A DNA stretch of 64,000 nt from an uncultured Phocaeicola sp. (GTDB lineage: Bacteria; Bacteroidota; Bacteroidia; Bacteroidales; Bacteroidaceae), in contig CALUIZ010000005.1 of NCBI GenBank assembly GCA_944320815.1, positions 13,597 through 77,596 of the forward strand, in the 5' to 3' direction. A program made the position numbers and the translations under genes. The number at the start of each line of letters is the position of its first letter. The first letter of the stretch is position 1. This document shows positions 26,025 through 36,457 of this stretch, piece after piece. The notes beneath the pieces were generated by a model, which ran no database searches, had not been told where the DNA came from, and saw nothing but the letters and a program-made list of their open reading frames with translations.

Positions 26025-28643
26025 TCAGAATCCGCCCAGTTCAATTATCTTGTCTACGGCTGCACTCAGTCCGTCGGTGTTCTTTCCGCCGGCAGTTGCG
26101 AAATGAGGCTGTCCGCCTCCGCCTCCCTGAATCAGCTTGGCCGCCTCGCGTACCAGTTGGCCTGCGTGGAGTCCGTTCTTCACGAGGTCATCGCTGATCA
26201 TTACGGTGAGCATCGGCTTGTTCTCGAACACACTTCCGATGACTACGAACAGGTTTTCCGTAACCTGTCCTTTGAGTTGGAACGCGATGTTCTTGACTGT
26301 ATCAGCAGGCATGGGAAGAACGGCCTTGATGACTTTCACGCCATGTATTTCTTTGGCGTTGGTCAGGAGTCTGGCTTTCACCTCGGCCTCTTTTTCTTTC
26401 ATGAATTCCTCCATCTGCTTCTTCAGACCCGCATTTTCGTCGATGTATTTCTTTATGGCGGCTTTCAGATCCGGCGCATTGTTGAACAAAGCTCTCAAAT
26501 CGTTCAGTGTGTCCTGGACTGAATCGAGCATTTCTTCCACCTTCGCTCCGGTAACCGCTTCGATACGGCGCACACCGGCTGCCACGGAACTTTCAGAAAT
26601 GATTTTGACCATACCTATTTTCCCGGTGGCCGACACGTGCGTACCGCCGCAGAACTCAATGGACGAGCCGAACTGCACGACACGCACCTCATCGCCATAT
26701 TTCTCGCCGAAGAGCGCGATGGCTCCCAGTTCCTTGGCCTTTTCAATCGGAAGGTTGCGGTATTCGGTCAGAGGCACGTTTTCACGGATTTTTGCGTTGA
26801 CCAGATGTTCCACCTCGCGCAATTGTTCCGGAGTCACTTTCTGGAAGTGGGAGAAGTCGAAGCGCAGTGAGTCGGGGGTGACCAGTGAACCCTTCTGCTC
26901 TACGTGGGTTCCCAATACCTGACGCAACGCTTCATCCAGCAGGTGCGTACATGAGTGGTTTGCGGCACACGCGGCACGGCGTTCGGTATCTACGCAAGCC
27001 ATCATCGGAGCGTCGAGATGTTCCGGCAGTTTCTTCGCGATATGGATGGGCAGGTTGTTCTCCTTCTTTGTGTCGATGATGTCAATTGTTTCAAACTCAC
27101 TGACCAGTACGCCGGTGTCACCGATTTGTCCTCCGCTTTCCGCATAGAACGGGGTTTCACTCAATACAATCTGGTAGTATGTCTGGTTCTTCTGCTTGAC
27201 TTCACGGAAGCGGAGAACGCTTGTTTCGTATTCTGTATAGTCATATCCCACGAACTTCGTTTCGCCTTCCTTCAGCACGATCCAGTCGCCTGTTTCAACT
27301 GTAGCCGCATTGCGTGCGCGCTGCTTCTGCTTCTGCATCTCTGTGTTGAATTCCTCTTCATTCACCGTCATTCCGTTCTCACGGAGAATCAGTTCGGTCA
27401 GGTCGAGCGGGAAACCGAACGTGTCATACAGCGTGAAGGCATCCACTCCATTGATTTCTTTCTTCCCGGTCGCCTTGGCATCACTCATTACCTTGTCGAG
27501 CAGACGGATTCCGGTTTCGAGCGTGCGCAGGAACGCTTCTTCTTCCTCTTTCATCACTTTCTCGATCAGCGTCTGCTGGGCTTTCAGTTCGGGATATGCT
27601 CCGCCCATGTTCTCTACCAGTACCGGAACGAGCTTGTACATGAAAGCCTGCTTCTGTCCCAGGAACGTATAGGCATAGCGTGTGGCACGGCGCAGGATAC
27701 GGCGGATAACGTAGCCTGCCTTTGCGTTTGAGGGCAACTGTCCGTCGGTGATGGAGAACGCGATGGTGCGGATATGGTCAGCAACCACACGCATGGCCAC
27801 ATCTGTTTTCGGATTCTGTCCGTAAGTGACACCGGCCAGATCGCCGATGGCCTTGATGATGGGCTGGAATACATCAGTGTCATAGTTTGATTTCTTTCCC
27901 TGCAGGGCCATGCAGAGACGTTCGAATCCCATACCCGTATCGATTACTTTCGCTGGCAGTGACTCCAGACTTCCGTCAGCCTTGCGGTTATACTGCATGA
28001 ACACGAGATTCCATATTTCAATCACCTGCGGATTGTCCTTGTTCACCAGCTCGCGTCCGGGCACCTTCGCCTTTTCCTCATCCGAACGGAGGTCGATATG
28101 AATTTCCGAGCACGGGCCGCAAGGACCAGTCTCACCCATTTCCCAGAAGTTGTCGTGCTTGTTTCCGTTGATGATATGGTCTTCCGGCAGGTATTTTGCC
28201 CAGTAGGATGCCGCTTCGTTGTCGCGTTCAAGTCCTTCTTCGGGACTTCCTTCGAATACGGTGGCATACAGGATGTCCGGATTGATTTTCAGCACATCCA
28301 CCAGATACTCCCATGCCCATCCGATGACTTCCTTCTTGAAATAGTCACCGAAAGACCAGTTGCCGAGCATTTCGAACATGGTGTGATGGTAAGTGTCATG
28401 ACCCACTTCCTCCAGGTCATTGTGCTTGCCGCTCACGCGGAGGCACTTCTGTGAGTCGGTCACACGTTTGTATTTCGCAGGGTGGTTTCCAAGAATGATA
28501 TCTTTAAACTGATTCATGCCTGCATTGGTGAACATCAGTGTCGGGTCGTCCTTGATGACCATCGGTGCGGACGGAACAATCTGATGCCCTTTTGACTCGA
28601 AGAACTTGACGAACGAGTCGCGGATTTCATTTGCTGTCAACAT
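26025..28643 (-). CDS. alaS: alanine--tRNA ligase
   Basis: 872 aa. The N-terminus is [29 protein letters not shown]...[15 protein letters not shown]. The editing-domain context is ANHSCTHLL, and the C-terminal segment is [14 protein letters not shown]. Confidence 0.95.
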   Translation of the reverse strand: MLTANEIRDSFVKFFESKGHQIVPSAPMVIKDDPTLMFTNAGMNQFKDIILGNHPAKYKRVTDSQKCLRVSGKHNDLEEVGHDTYHHTMFEMLGNWSFGDYFKKEVIGWAWEYLVDVLKINPDILYATVFEGSPEEGLERDNEAASYWAKYLPEDHIINGNKHDNFWEMGETGPCGPCSEIHIDLRSDEEKAKVPGRELVNKDNPQVIEIWNLVFMQYNRKADGSLESLPAKVIDTGMGFERLCMALQGKKSNYDTDVFQPIIKAIGDLAGVTYGQNPKTDVAMRVVADHIRTIAFSITDGQLPSNAKAGYVIRRILRRATRYAYTFLGQKQAFMYKLVPVLVENMGGAYPELKAQQTLIEKVMKEEEEAFLRTLETGIRLLDKVMSDAKATGKKEINGVDAFTLYDTFGFPLDLTELILRENGMTVNEEEFNTEMQKQKQRARNAATVETGDWIVLKEGETKFVGYDYTEYETSVLRFREVKQKNQTYYQIVLSETPFYAESGGQIGDTGVLVSEFETIDIIDTKKENNLPIHIAKKLPEHLDAPMMACVDTERRAACAANHSCTHLLDEALRQVLGTHVEQKGSLVTPDSLRFDFSHFQKVTPEQLREVEHLVNAKIRENVPLTEYRNLPIEKAKELGAIALFGEKYGDEVRVVQFGSSIEFCGGTHVSATGKIGMVKIISESSVAAGVRRIEAVTGAKVEEMLDSVQDTLNDLRALFNNAPDLKAAIKKYIDENAGLKKQMEEFMKEKEAEVKARLLTNAKEIHGVKVIKAVLPMPADTVKNIAFQLKGQVTENLFVVIGSVFENKPMLTVMISDDLVKNGLHAGQLVREAAKLIQGGGGGQPHFATAGGKNTDGLSAAVDKIIELGGF

Positions 28644-28687
28644 AATCGCTATTTTGTCTTGTAGTTAATATTCTCAAAATCGATTTG

Positions 28688-28695
28688 CAAAGATA
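28688..28695 (-). promoter_or_regulatory. putative -7 box (TATCTTTG) for alaS
   Basis: The plus strand reads caaagata. It lies 45 nt upstream of the ATG at 28643. Confidence 0.45.
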
Positions 28696-28776
28696 ATCGG
28701 TTTTATTATTTTTGTCCGTATGTTTGGCGCAAAAACTTGATGATGCGTGCCTTAAATTTTTTCAAACGAGCCTTGG

Positions 28777-29745
28777 ATGCGTAAAGTTTATTATATATAC
28801 AATCCGAAAACCCGCACTTATGACCGTATTTATCCTACCGTCAGGCAAAGGGCATTGAGCTATCTGAGACGGCTGTTCGTGGGGATGGGTTTTGGTGCAG
28901 GAAGCTTCATTCTGCTTCTGGTGATTTTCGGGTCTCCTTCTGAAAAGGATTTGCGTACGGAGAATTCCCGTCTGGCTTCCCAATACGATATATTGTCCAG
29001 CCGTCTGGATGAGGCGGAGGAGGTGATGTCGCGTCTGCAGCAGCGTGACGACAACTTGTATAGGGTCATCATGCAGGCCGACCCTTTGCCCGAAGAGCTT
29101 CGTACCGCCACCTACCGGAACACCAATCGGTATGAGGACTTGATGGACATGGCGAACAGTGAACTGGTAATCAGCACTACGCGTAAGATGGACCTTCTGG
29201 CGCGTCAGATTTATATCCAGTCAAAATCGTTTGATGAAGTGGTGAAACTTTGCAGGCAGCACGACAAGATGCTGGCCTCCATTCCGGCCATCCAGCCTGT
29301 AGCCAATAAAGATCTGAAACAGACTGCTTCGGGGTATGGTACCCGCATTGACCCCATTTATAAGACAATCAAGTTTCATGCGGGAATGGATTTCTCGGCA
29401 AATGTGGGAACTCCTGTTTATGTGACGGGTAACGGGAAGGTGAAGCAGGCCGGTTGGGACGGATTGTATGGCAATTGCATCGTCGTGGACCATGGTTTCG
29501 GATATGTGACGCGCTATGCTCACCTGAACAAGATTAAAGTGAAGGCCGGGCAGGAAGTGGTGCGGGGCGAGGTGATAGGCGAGGTGGGATCTACGGGGAA
29601 GAGCACCGGTCCGCATCTTCATTACGAGGTACATGTCAAGGGACAGGTGGTGAATCCGGTGAACTATTATTTTATGGATTTGAGTGCGGATGATTATGAC
29701 AGGATGGTGGAGATTGCCGCCAATCACGGAAAAGTGTTTGATTAA
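28777..29745 (+). CDS. M23 family metallopeptidase (LytM-type)
   Basis: 322 aa with an N-terminal TM segment, a coiled-coil region, and the LytM motifs HAGMDF and GSTGKSTGPHLHYEV. Confidence 0.85.
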   Translation: MRKVYYIYNPKTRTYDRIYPTVRQRALSYLRRLFVGMGFGAGSFILLLVIFGSPSEKDLRTENSRLASQYDILSSRLDEAEEVMSRLQQRDDNLYRVIMQADPLPEELRTATYRNTNRYEDLMDMANSELVISTTRKMDLLARQIYIQSKSFDEVVKLCRQHDKMLASIPAIQPVANKDLKQTASGYGTRIDPIYKTIKFHAGMDFSANVGTPVYVTGNGKVKQAGWDGLYGNCIVVDHGFGYVTRYAHLNKIKVKAGQEVVRGEVIGEVGSTGKSTGPHLHYEVHVKGQVVNPVNYYFMDLSADDYDRMVEIAANHGKVFD

Positions 29746-29757
29746 AATTTGTTGCAT

Positions 29758-30105
29758 ATGGCTTTGAAGGCGAACAAGGAACTGAAACTATATTATTCCA
29801 TCAGCGAGGTTGCACAGATGTTCGGAGTCAACGAATCGTTGTTGCGCTATTGGGAGAAGGAGTTCCCCATGATTACCCCGAGAAAAGTGGGCGGGAATAT
29901 CCGGCAGTACAGAAAAGAGGATGTAGACAATATCCGGCTGGTTTATTATCTGGTGAAGGAGAAGGGGATGACGCTTTCCGGGGCCAAACAACGTTTGAAG
30001 CAGAACAAGGAAACCATCATCCGTAACAGTGAGATTCTGGAGCGTCTGAAAAGTGTCAGGGAAGAGCTTGTACGGATGCGGAAGGAACTGGATTATGTGA
30101 CCTGA
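29758..30105 (+). CDS. MerR family transcriptional regulator
   Basis: ORF 29749..30105 (TTG start) is trimmed to the ATG at 29758. The HTH is YYSISEVAQMFGVNESLLRYWEKEF, and the C-terminus is a coiled coil. Confidence 0.7.
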   Translation: MALKANKELKLYYSISEVAQMFGVNESLLRYWEKEFPMITPRKVGGNIRQYRKEDVDNIRLVYYLVKEKGMTLSGAKQRLKQNKETIIRNSEILERLKSVREELVRMRKELDYVT

Positions 30106-30156
30106 TTCCGGGTTTCCGTTGCCGTGTGCCCTTCCTGCAATGGAGGGTCAAATGTT

Positions 30157-30201
30157 CGCCGGACATGAAGAAGGGAAAAACCGCATTCTTCATGCCCGGC
30201 G
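30157..30201. terminator. hairpin between convergent merR-like and RelA/SpoT genes
   Basis: The arms cgccggacatgaagaa (30157-30172) and ttcttcatgcccggcg (30186-30201) match 15/16 around a 13-nt loop. Confidence 0.55.
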
Positions 30202-30239
30202 AATGTCTTGTGTCCGGAATGTCCGCTGAGAGAGTCCGT

Positions 30240-32516
30240 TCAGTCCGTTATCTGGTCGTCAAAATTCTCGATTCGGGTCACTTTGTTGATGTTTTCCAGT
30301 TTCTTCAGGTTCGCGCAGATTGTGTTCACGTCATCCACATCATGCACGAACAGTTGGATACGTCCTTCAAAGATGCCGTCATTTGATTCAATGTTCAGCT
30401 TATGGATGTTCACGTTCAACTGTTGTGAAATGATTTGTGTCACCTGATTCAGCACTCCGATTCCGTCTATGCCCTTTATATATACGTTTACAGGGAAATT
30501 CAGTGCTTTCCCGATTTCCCACTGTACGGCCAGCAGACGGTTGCCGAAGCTTGTCTTCAGCTGTGAGGCAATCGGGCATTGCCGTTTGTGGATGATGATG
30601 CGGTTATTGTCATCAATATACCCCAGCACATCATCTCCCGGAATCGGTTTGCAGCAGTCGGCTATGATGTAATTCTTCTGCAGTTCATCGGGGGTGAGCT
30701 TCACAATCTTCTTCTTGTCGATGTTCAGAGGTTGCGGAGCCTGTGTGGAAGAAGGAGTTGTCTGCTTCGAAATTATGTTTCCGAACGCGAACGAAATGTA
30801 TTTCTTCCAGCTTGTGCCTGTCGGTTTCTCCTTCAGCTCGTTCCGCTCAAGGTCGCCCAGCACAATGCTCTTTTGTCCGATTTTGTAGGTCAGTTCGTCT
30901 GCCGATTTCAGGTTGTGCAGGCTGCACAGCTTCTGTATGTTCTGGTCGTTATAGTCAAGTCCTTCTTTCTTGAGGAAATCGCTGAGAATGTCTTCCCCCT
31001 GCATCTGGAATTCTTTCTTCTCCCGCTTCAGGATAGACTGTATCTTGGCTTTGGCCTTTGCTGTCGTGGCAAAATTTATCCATGAAGGCTGTACTTTCTG
31101 CGATTTGGAGGTCAGTATCTCCACCTGGTCACCGCTCTGCAGCTTGTGACTGAGAGGAACCAGTTTGTGGTTCACCTTCGCGCCGATACAGTGGCTTCCG
31201 AGGAAGGTATGGATAGAAAACGCGAAGTCGAGTGCAGTTGCGTTCTGCGGCATGGTCTTGATTTCCCCCTTGGGAGTGAACACGAAGATTTCAGAAGCGA
31301 ACAGATTCAGCTTGATGGTGTCCAGAAAGTCAAGAGCATCCGGCTGCGGATCGTCCAGAATTTCCTTGATTGTTTTCAGCCATTTGCTCAGTTCGCCTTC
31401 ATCCTCGCTGCCTCCCCCTTCCTTGTATTTCCAGTGTGCGGCAAATCCCTGTTCCGCCACATCGTTCATGCGTTCGCTTCGGATCTGCACTTCAATCCAT
31501 TGCCCTTTGTTGCTCATCAGCGTGACGTGGAGTGCCTGGTATCCGTTGGCTTTCGGGTGGCTCACCCAGTCGCGCAGACGGTCTGGATGTGGCTTATAGA
31601 TTTTCGAGATGGCCACATAAATGTTGAAGCAGTCATTCAGTTCCTCCTCCTCGTTCCGCGGAGTGAATATGATTCTGACAGCAAGAATATCATATATTTC
31701 CTCGAATGTGATATGCTTGTTCTGCATCTTGTTCCAGATAGAGTAGGGCGATTTGACTCTGGCCAGAATGCGGTAGGGGAGTCCCATCTTGTCCAACTGT
31801 TCGCGGATGGGAGCCGTAAATTCCTCAAAGACGGTTTCGCGTTCTGCCTGTGTGGCCTTGAGCTTGTCCTCGATTTCCTGATAGGTTTCGGGATGTTCAT
31901 ATTTGAAGCTCAGGTCCTCCAGCTCGGTCTTGATGCGGTTCAGTCCCAGTCGGTTGGCGAGAGGAGCATAGATATACAAGGTTTCCCCTGCAATCTTGTA
32001 TTGTTTGCTGGGGAGCATGGAGCCGAGCGTGCGCATGTTGTGCAGACGGTCGGCTATCTTGATGAGGATGACCCGGATGTCATCGTTCATCGTCAGGAGC
32101 AGTTTCTTAAAGTTCTCCGCCTGTGCGGACGCGCGGTCACCGAAAATGCCACCGGAGATTTTGGTCAGTCCGTCGACAATCTGTGCGATTTTCGGTCCGA
32201 AAAGATTCTCAATGTCTTCTACCGTGTAGTCGGTGTCTTCCACCACATCATGCAGCAGGGCGGCACAGATGGATGTGGAGCCGAGCCCGATTTCACAGCA
32301 TGCGATGCGTGCCACTGCTATCGGGTGTAGGATATAAGGTTCGCCCGAACGTCTGCGCACACCTTTGTGCGCCTGCCGGGCGAAATTGAATGCTTTTGTA
32401 ATTATTTCTACTTTCTTCCGATGTTTGCTTTCCAGGTATCGGTCGAGCAGTTCTTGAAACGCGTTGTCAATCAATTTTTCATCTGCTTGCTCTTGCGTAA
32501 GTTGGTCATCTGTCAT
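30240..32516 (-). CDS. bifunctional (p)ppGpp synthetase/hydrolase, RelA/SpoT homologue
   Basis: 758 aa. The HD hydrolase motifs are YILHPIAVA and LHDVVEDT. The RelA/SpoT synthetase region includes YRILARVKSPYSIWNKM, and TGS and C-terminal ACT-like regions follow. Confidence 0.9.
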   Translation of the reverse strand: MTDDQLTQEQADEKLIDNAFQELLDRYLESKHRKKVEIITKAFNFARQAHKGVRRRSGEPYILHPIAVARIACCEIGLGSTSICAALLHDVVEDTDYTVEDIENLFGPKIAQIVDGLTKISGGIFGDRASAQAENFKKLLLTMNDDIRVILIKIADRLHNMRTLGSMLPSKQYKIAGETLYIYAPLANRLGLNRIKTELEDLSFKYEHPETYQEIEDKLKATQAERETVFEEFTAPIREQLDKMGLPYRILARVKSPYSIWNKMQNKHITFEEIYDILAVRIIFTPRNEEEELNDCFNIYVAISKIYKPHPDRLRDWVSHPKANGYQALHVTLMSNKGQWIEVQIRSERMNDVAEQGFAAHWKYKEGGGSEDEGELSKWLKTIKEILDDPQPDALDFLDTIKLNLFASEIFVFTPKGEIKTMPQNATALDFAFSIHTFLGSHCIGAKVNHKLVPLSHKLQSGDQVEILTSKSQKVQPSWINFATTAKAKAKIQSILKREKKEFQMQGEDILSDFLKKEGLDYNDQNIQKLCSLHNLKSADELTYKIGQKSIVLGDLERNELKEKPTGTSWKKYISFAFGNIISKQTTPSSTQAPQPLNIDKKKIVKLTPDELQKNYIIADCCKPIPGDDVLGYIDDNNRIIIHKRQCPIASQLKTSFGNRLLAVQWEIGKALNFPVNVYIKGIDGIGVLNQVTQIISQQLNVNIHKLNIESNDGIFEGRIQLFVHDVDDVNTICANLKKLENINKVTRIENFDDQITD

Positions 32517-32545
32517 AATTCTCTCCCTCTTTTGTATCAGTTTTG

Positions 32546-32553
32546 CAAAAATA
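32546..32553 (-). promoter_or_regulatory. putative -7 box (TATTTTTG) for the RelA/SpoT gene
   Basis: The plus strand reads caaaaata. It lies 30 nt upstream of the ATG at 32516. Confidence 0.45.
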
Positions 32554-32594
32554 AGGAAAAATATGAATCATGCAAGCAGATGCCTCATTTTTAT

Positions 32595-33857
32595 TTATCT
32601 GATTCGTAATGACTTTCCTGCCCGGATATTGCTTCCTTTTATTCCGTTGAGCCTTCTCAGCTGTTTGACGCTCACTCCATATCTGGCGGCGATGCCTCCC
32701 AGTGTCTCTCCGTTGCGTATGCGGTGGTACACGGCCTTTCCGCTGCCCGACCCCTTCGCGCTTTTCACCTCCACCATGGCGCGCCGTGTCAGATAAGTGT
32801 CCGCCTTGTATGTGTAGACGCTGTCTTCCGCGTCGATGAAACTGCTCACCATTTTGGTGGGGAGCCGCAGGGCATAGGGCTTTTCATTTCCCGGAACGAT
32901 GTCTTTCCTGAATTCCGGGTTCAGTGCGCGGAGTTCGTCGATGTTTATCTTGCAGACTTCCGCCACCTGGTTCAGGTTCAGCGGGCGGGAGATATGGATG
33001 GTGTCGGTGCTTTCAGGCATTCTCATTTCCATCGGACTGATGTAGTGCTCGCAATAATATGTCATGATGTAGTTGGCGGCGATGAATGCGGGCACGTATC
33101 CGCGGGTCTCCTTGGGCAGATAGTCATAGATTTTCCAGAAGTCTTTTTCTCCTCCGGCACGGCGTATGGCCTTGTTGATGGTTCCCGGGCCGCAGTTGTA
33201 GGCGGCCAGCACCAGATTCCAGTCATTGTAGATGTCGTACAGGTCTTTCAGGTAGCGTGCGGCGGCTCGGGTGGACTTGATCGGGTCCCGCCGTTCGTCC
33301 ACAAGCGAATTCACTTTCAGTCCGTACACCTGCCCCGTGCGCAGCATGAACTGCCAGAGTCCGGTGGCTCCCTGCGGGGAAACGGCCATCGGGTTCAGTG
33401 CCGATTCGATGACAGGCAGATATTTCAGTTCGAGAGGAAGGTCGTACAGGTCGAGTGCCTCCTCGAAGATTGGCATATAGAAATTGTTCGCACTCAGCAT
33501 GAAGGCCACCTTCTGACGCAGGCGAGTGGCATACATGTCGATGAATTTGCGTACGATGTCGTTGTAGGGCATCTCGATGATGGCGGGAATCCGTTTCAGC
33601 CGGTCAAGATAAATCGAGTCGCTGACCTGCGGATTCTGCATGCTCATCGTGCAGTTTTCATTAGGGTTGATATAGTGCTTGGAAATCCAGTCCAGATAAA
33701 GGCTGTCTGTGGTCGAAACCATTCCTTGCGGCAGGTTGATCACTTCTTTCCCGCCGTCGGCAGAATTGATTGTGATGCTGTTTTCCGTTTCCTGCGCGGA
33801 AAGCGGTAATGTGCCGAGGACTGTGGCGGCGAATAAGCTTGTCAATAGTTTTTTCAT
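32595..33857 (-). CDS. lytic murein transglycosylase (SLT domain) with C-terminal LysM domain, MltD-like
   Basis: 420 aa with a signal peptide and the SLT catalytic region VIESALNPMAVSPQGATGLWQFM. The C-terminal LysM is YHRIRNGETLGGIAARYGVSVKQLRRLNGI. Confidence 0.8.
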   Translation of the reverse strand: MKKLLTSLFAATVLGTLPLSAQETENSITINSADGGKEVINLPQGMVSTTDSLYLDWISKHYINPNENCTMSMQNPQVSDSIYLDRLKRIPAIIEMPYNDIVRKFIDMYATRLRQKVAFMLSANNFYMPIFEEALDLYDLPLELKYLPVIESALNPMAVSPQGATGLWQFMLRTGQVYGLKVNSLVDERRDPIKSTRAAARYLKDLYDIYNDWNLVLAAYNCGPGTINKAIRRAGGEKDFWKIYDYLPKETRGYVPAFIAANYIMTYYCEHYISPMEMRMPESTDTIHISRPLNLNQVAEVCKINIDELRALNPEFRKDIVPGNEKPYALRLPTKMVSSFIDAEDSVYTYKADTYLTRRAMVEVKSAKGSGSGKAVYHRIRNGETLGGIAARYGVSVKQLRRLNGIKGSNIRAGKSLRIR

Positions 33858-33860
33858 GGT

Positions 33861-34637
33861 TTAAAAGTTAATGCGGCATTGCAGACCGACGCCTTGCGGC
33901 CGGTTGCGGAATGCATCGTTGAACACTGTCGGCGCCCATGTCATGCTGAGGTCCTTGCTGATGTCGAAGTCAGAAAGTTCCGCGTCCACATAAGCGTCAA
34001 TCACCGAGAGAAGATATACCCCGATGAATACAAATATACTCAAGTCGCGCTGGCGGCGATAAAGATCCTTGCGTCGTCTGAACAGGTCCTGATAATATTC
34101 CATCCGGTCGTTCACATCGACACCCGGAGGCAGGAAATCCTCGTAGCTGTTGTTGTTGGGGTTGTTGCTCATGATGTCCTGATAGGCCTGCGAATAGTCC
34201 TTGTACATCTGCCCATTCCATGTCAGTGCATAGGCACATCCCACAACCCCCCCGTAGATGATGGGGAGTTTCCAGTATTTCCGGTTGTATATCTGGCCGG
34301 CTCCGGGAATGACCAGTCCCAGCCATACCGTCTTGTTTGAGTTGGGAATCCACCTCTTTTTTTCCTTGACGGGCATGGCCGACAGTGCGGAGTCGTTCTT
34401 CTGCGCGAGGACAGCCGTGTCGACAGGTGCTTCCAGTGCCTTCAGCCTTGAGTCCCGGTAGAGCGAGTCGGCCAGAGCCAGGCTGTCTTTCCGGTTCATG
34501 GTCTGGATGGAGTCGGTGGTCAGTATCCTTTCACGGTGTTTCAGTGCACGCTGCGCATAGGCATGCGTGTATCCCGTGAATGAGGCACAGCAGGCCAGCA
34601 GTACTGACAATATATATGTAAATGTTTGCCGTTTCAA
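33861..34637 (-). CDS. conserved Bacteroidota membrane protein (DUF5683-like), parB-adjacent
   Basis: 258 aa with a signal peptide and hydrophobic segments around the motif LVIPGAGQIYNRKYWKLPIIYGG. The family name is from memory and unverified. Confidence 0.55.
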   Translation of the reverse strand: MKRQTFTYILSVLLACCASFTGYTHAYAQRALKHRERILTTDSIQTMNRKDSLALADSLYRDSRLKALEAPVDTAVLAQKNDSALSAMPVKEKKRWIPNSNKTVWLGLVIPGAGQIYNRKYWKLPIIYGGVVGCAYALTWNGQMYKDYSQAYQDIMSNNPNNNSYEDFLPPGVDVNDRMEYYQDLFRRRKDLYRRQRDLSIFVFIGVYLLSVIDAYVDAELSDFDISKDLSMTWAPTVFNDAFRNRPQGVGLQCRINF

Positions 34638-34649
34638 TGTTCTTCGCGT

Positions 34650-35546
34650 TTATTCTGTTTTCTTTAAAGAGTCCAGAATTTCCATGATGCGTTCCAGATC
34701 TGCCTCGCTGCTGAACGGAATGCTGATTTTCCCTTTCCCTTTCGGGTTGCACGAAAGCTGTACCTTGGCTCCGAAGAAGTTGCACAGATGATTCTGCAGA
34801 GTGGCATACCCTTCCGGCAGCTTCGTTTCTTTCGGACCGATTTTTTTGCCTCCCGACTCTACGCTTTCCCCTTCGGCCAGCGTCTTCACCATTTCTTCCA
34901 CTTTCCTGACGGAATATCCCTGCGTGATGATTTCGTTGAAAATCCTGATTTGCGTCTTCGGGTCGTCGAGAGCCAGCAGCGCCCTGGCATGTCCCATGTC
35001 GATTTCCCTGTTTTTCAGGGCCATCTGGATAGGTGCCGGGAGTTTCAGCAGGCGCAGGTAGTTGGCTATCGTCGTGCGCTTTTTCCCTACCCGTTCGCTC
35101 AGCCGTTCCTGTGTTAGTCCGTATTGTTCGATGAGATGCTGGTAGGCCAGTGCGATTTCCAGCGCGTTCAGGTCCTCCCGCTGGATGTTCTCAATCAGTG
35201 CCATCTCCATGATGTTCTCATCGTCTGCCGTGCGGATATAGGCAGGAACCGTGTGCAGTCCCGCCATTACAGACGCGCGGTACCTCCGTTCTCCCGCTAT
35301 GATCTGATAAGAGTCCTCGTCCAGCTGGCGCAGGGTGATGGGCTGTATGATGCCTATCTCTCCGATGGAGTCTGCCAGTTCCTGCAGGGCGATGGGGTCG
35401 AAGTCATGTCGGGGCTGGTTGGGATTGACCGAAATCTTGCTCACTTCTATTTCGTTGATGGAGGATGACCCGGAGGTCTTTATCTCATCGTTTGAAATCA
35501 GTGCGTCAAGTCCCCGCCCCAAAGCATATTTTTTCTGTACTGCCAT
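34650..35546 (-). CDS. parB: chromosome partitioning protein ParB
   Basis: 298 aa with the ParB box IIAGERRYRAS and the HTH LTQERLSERVGKKRTTIANYLRLL. Confidence 0.9.
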   Translation of the reverse strand: MAVQKKYALGRGLDALISNDEIKTSGSSSINEIEVSKISVNPNQPRHDFDPIALQELADSIGEIGIIQPITLRQLDEDSYQIIAGERRYRASVMAGLHTVPAYIRTADDENIMEMALIENIQREDLNALEIALAYQHLIEQYGLTQERLSERVGKKRTTIANYLRLLKLPAPIQMALKNREIDMGHARALLALDDPKTQIRIFNEIITQGYSVRKVEEMVKTLAEGESVESGGKKIGPKETKLPEGYATLQNHLCNFFGAKVQLSCNPKGKGKISIPFSSEADLERIMEILDSLKKTE

Positions 35547-35550
35547 TTGC

Positions 35551-36318
35551 TCACTTACTGTTTCTTGTTATAATTTCATTTGCCAGCGCAAGATGGTTTT
35601 TCGCTCCTGTGGAGTCGGCGTCGTAGAGGATAGCCGGTATTCCGTGGCTTGGAGCCTCGCTCAGCTTCACGTTGCGCTGGATGATTGTCTTGAACACCAG
35701 CTCTTGGAAATGCCTTTTCACTTCATCGTAAATCTGGTTCGCCAGCCTCAGGCGGGAGTCGAACATCGTCAGCAGGAAGCCTTCGATTTCCAGAGAAGGG
35801 TTCAGCTTGCTTTTTATTATCTTGATGGTGTTCAGCAGTTTGCTGATTCCCTCCAAGGCAAAATATTCGCATTGTACGGGGATGATGACAGAGTCGGCCG
35901 CCGTCAGGGCATTGATGGTTATCAGTCCCAGCGAAGGGGAGCAGTCTATCAGGATATAGTCGTATTCTCCCTTCATCGGTTCCAGCGCATGGCGCATGAT
36001 TTTTTCTCGTTTTTCCAAATTGAGCATTTCAATTTCCGCTCCTACAAGGTCAATGTGAGAAGGAATGATGTCCAGTCCGTCAATGTCAGTAGTGTAAATA
36101 GCTTCCCGGATGTCAGCCTGGTTGATTAGGCATTCGTAGATTGAACAGTCGATGTCTTTCAAGTCTACCCCAAGACCGGATGAGGCATTAGCCTGTGGGT
36201 CAGCGTCAATCACTAGTACTTTCTTCTCGAGAGTAGCTAAAGATGCAGCCAAGTTTATCGTGGTGGTGGTTTTCCCTACTCCCCCTTTCTGATTGGCTAT
36301 TGCAATAATTTTTCCCAT
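35551..36318 (-). CDS. parA: chromosome partitioning ATPase ParA/Soj
   Basis: ORF 35551..36372 is trimmed to MGKIIAIANQKGGVGKTTTTINLA, the deviant Walker A. It ends 4 nt before parB. Confidence 0.9.
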   Translation of the reverse strand: MGKIIAIANQKGGVGKTTTTINLAASLATLEKKVLVIDADPQANASSGLGVDLKDIDCSIYECLINQADIREAIYTTDIDGLDIIPSHIDLVGAEIEMLNLEKREKIMRHALEPMKGEYDYILIDCSPSLGLITINALTAADSVIIPVQCEYFALEGISKLLNTIKIIKSKLNPSLEIEGFLLTMFDSRLRLANQIYDEVKRHFQELVFKTIIQRNVKLSEAPSHGIPAILYDADSTGAKNHLALANEIITRNSK

Positions 36319-36439
36319 ACTAATCAGTTTAATCTGATTGCGAAGTAACGAATAATCGGTGACAATCTTCATCGGAAAAAGGTTGCTTTTTGATGAAATG
36401 TTGATAAGTCACCGCTTCTGTTAATAACTTCAGCACGGG

Positions 36440-36447
36440 CAAAGATA
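36440..36447 (-). promoter_or_regulatory. putative -7 box (TATCTTTG) for parA-parB...
   Basis: The plus strand reads caaagata. It abuts the divergent + strand box at 36450-36457, and together they read caaagatatatatttttg. Confidence 0.4.
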
Positions 36448-36449
36448 TA

Positions 36450-36457
36450 TATTTTTG
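36450..36457 (+). promoter_or_regulatory. putative -7 box (TATTTTTG) about 216 nt upstream of surE
   Basis: tatttttg. A second, weaker box TAACTTTA lies at 36499-36506. Either one implies a long leader before the surE ATG at 36673. Confidence 0.35.

Noticed and set aside
31146-33809. Plus-strand ORFs 31146..32330 (394 aa) and 32724..33809 (361 aa).
   Set aside because: They are antisense to the RelA/SpoT and MltD-like genes and have no motifs.
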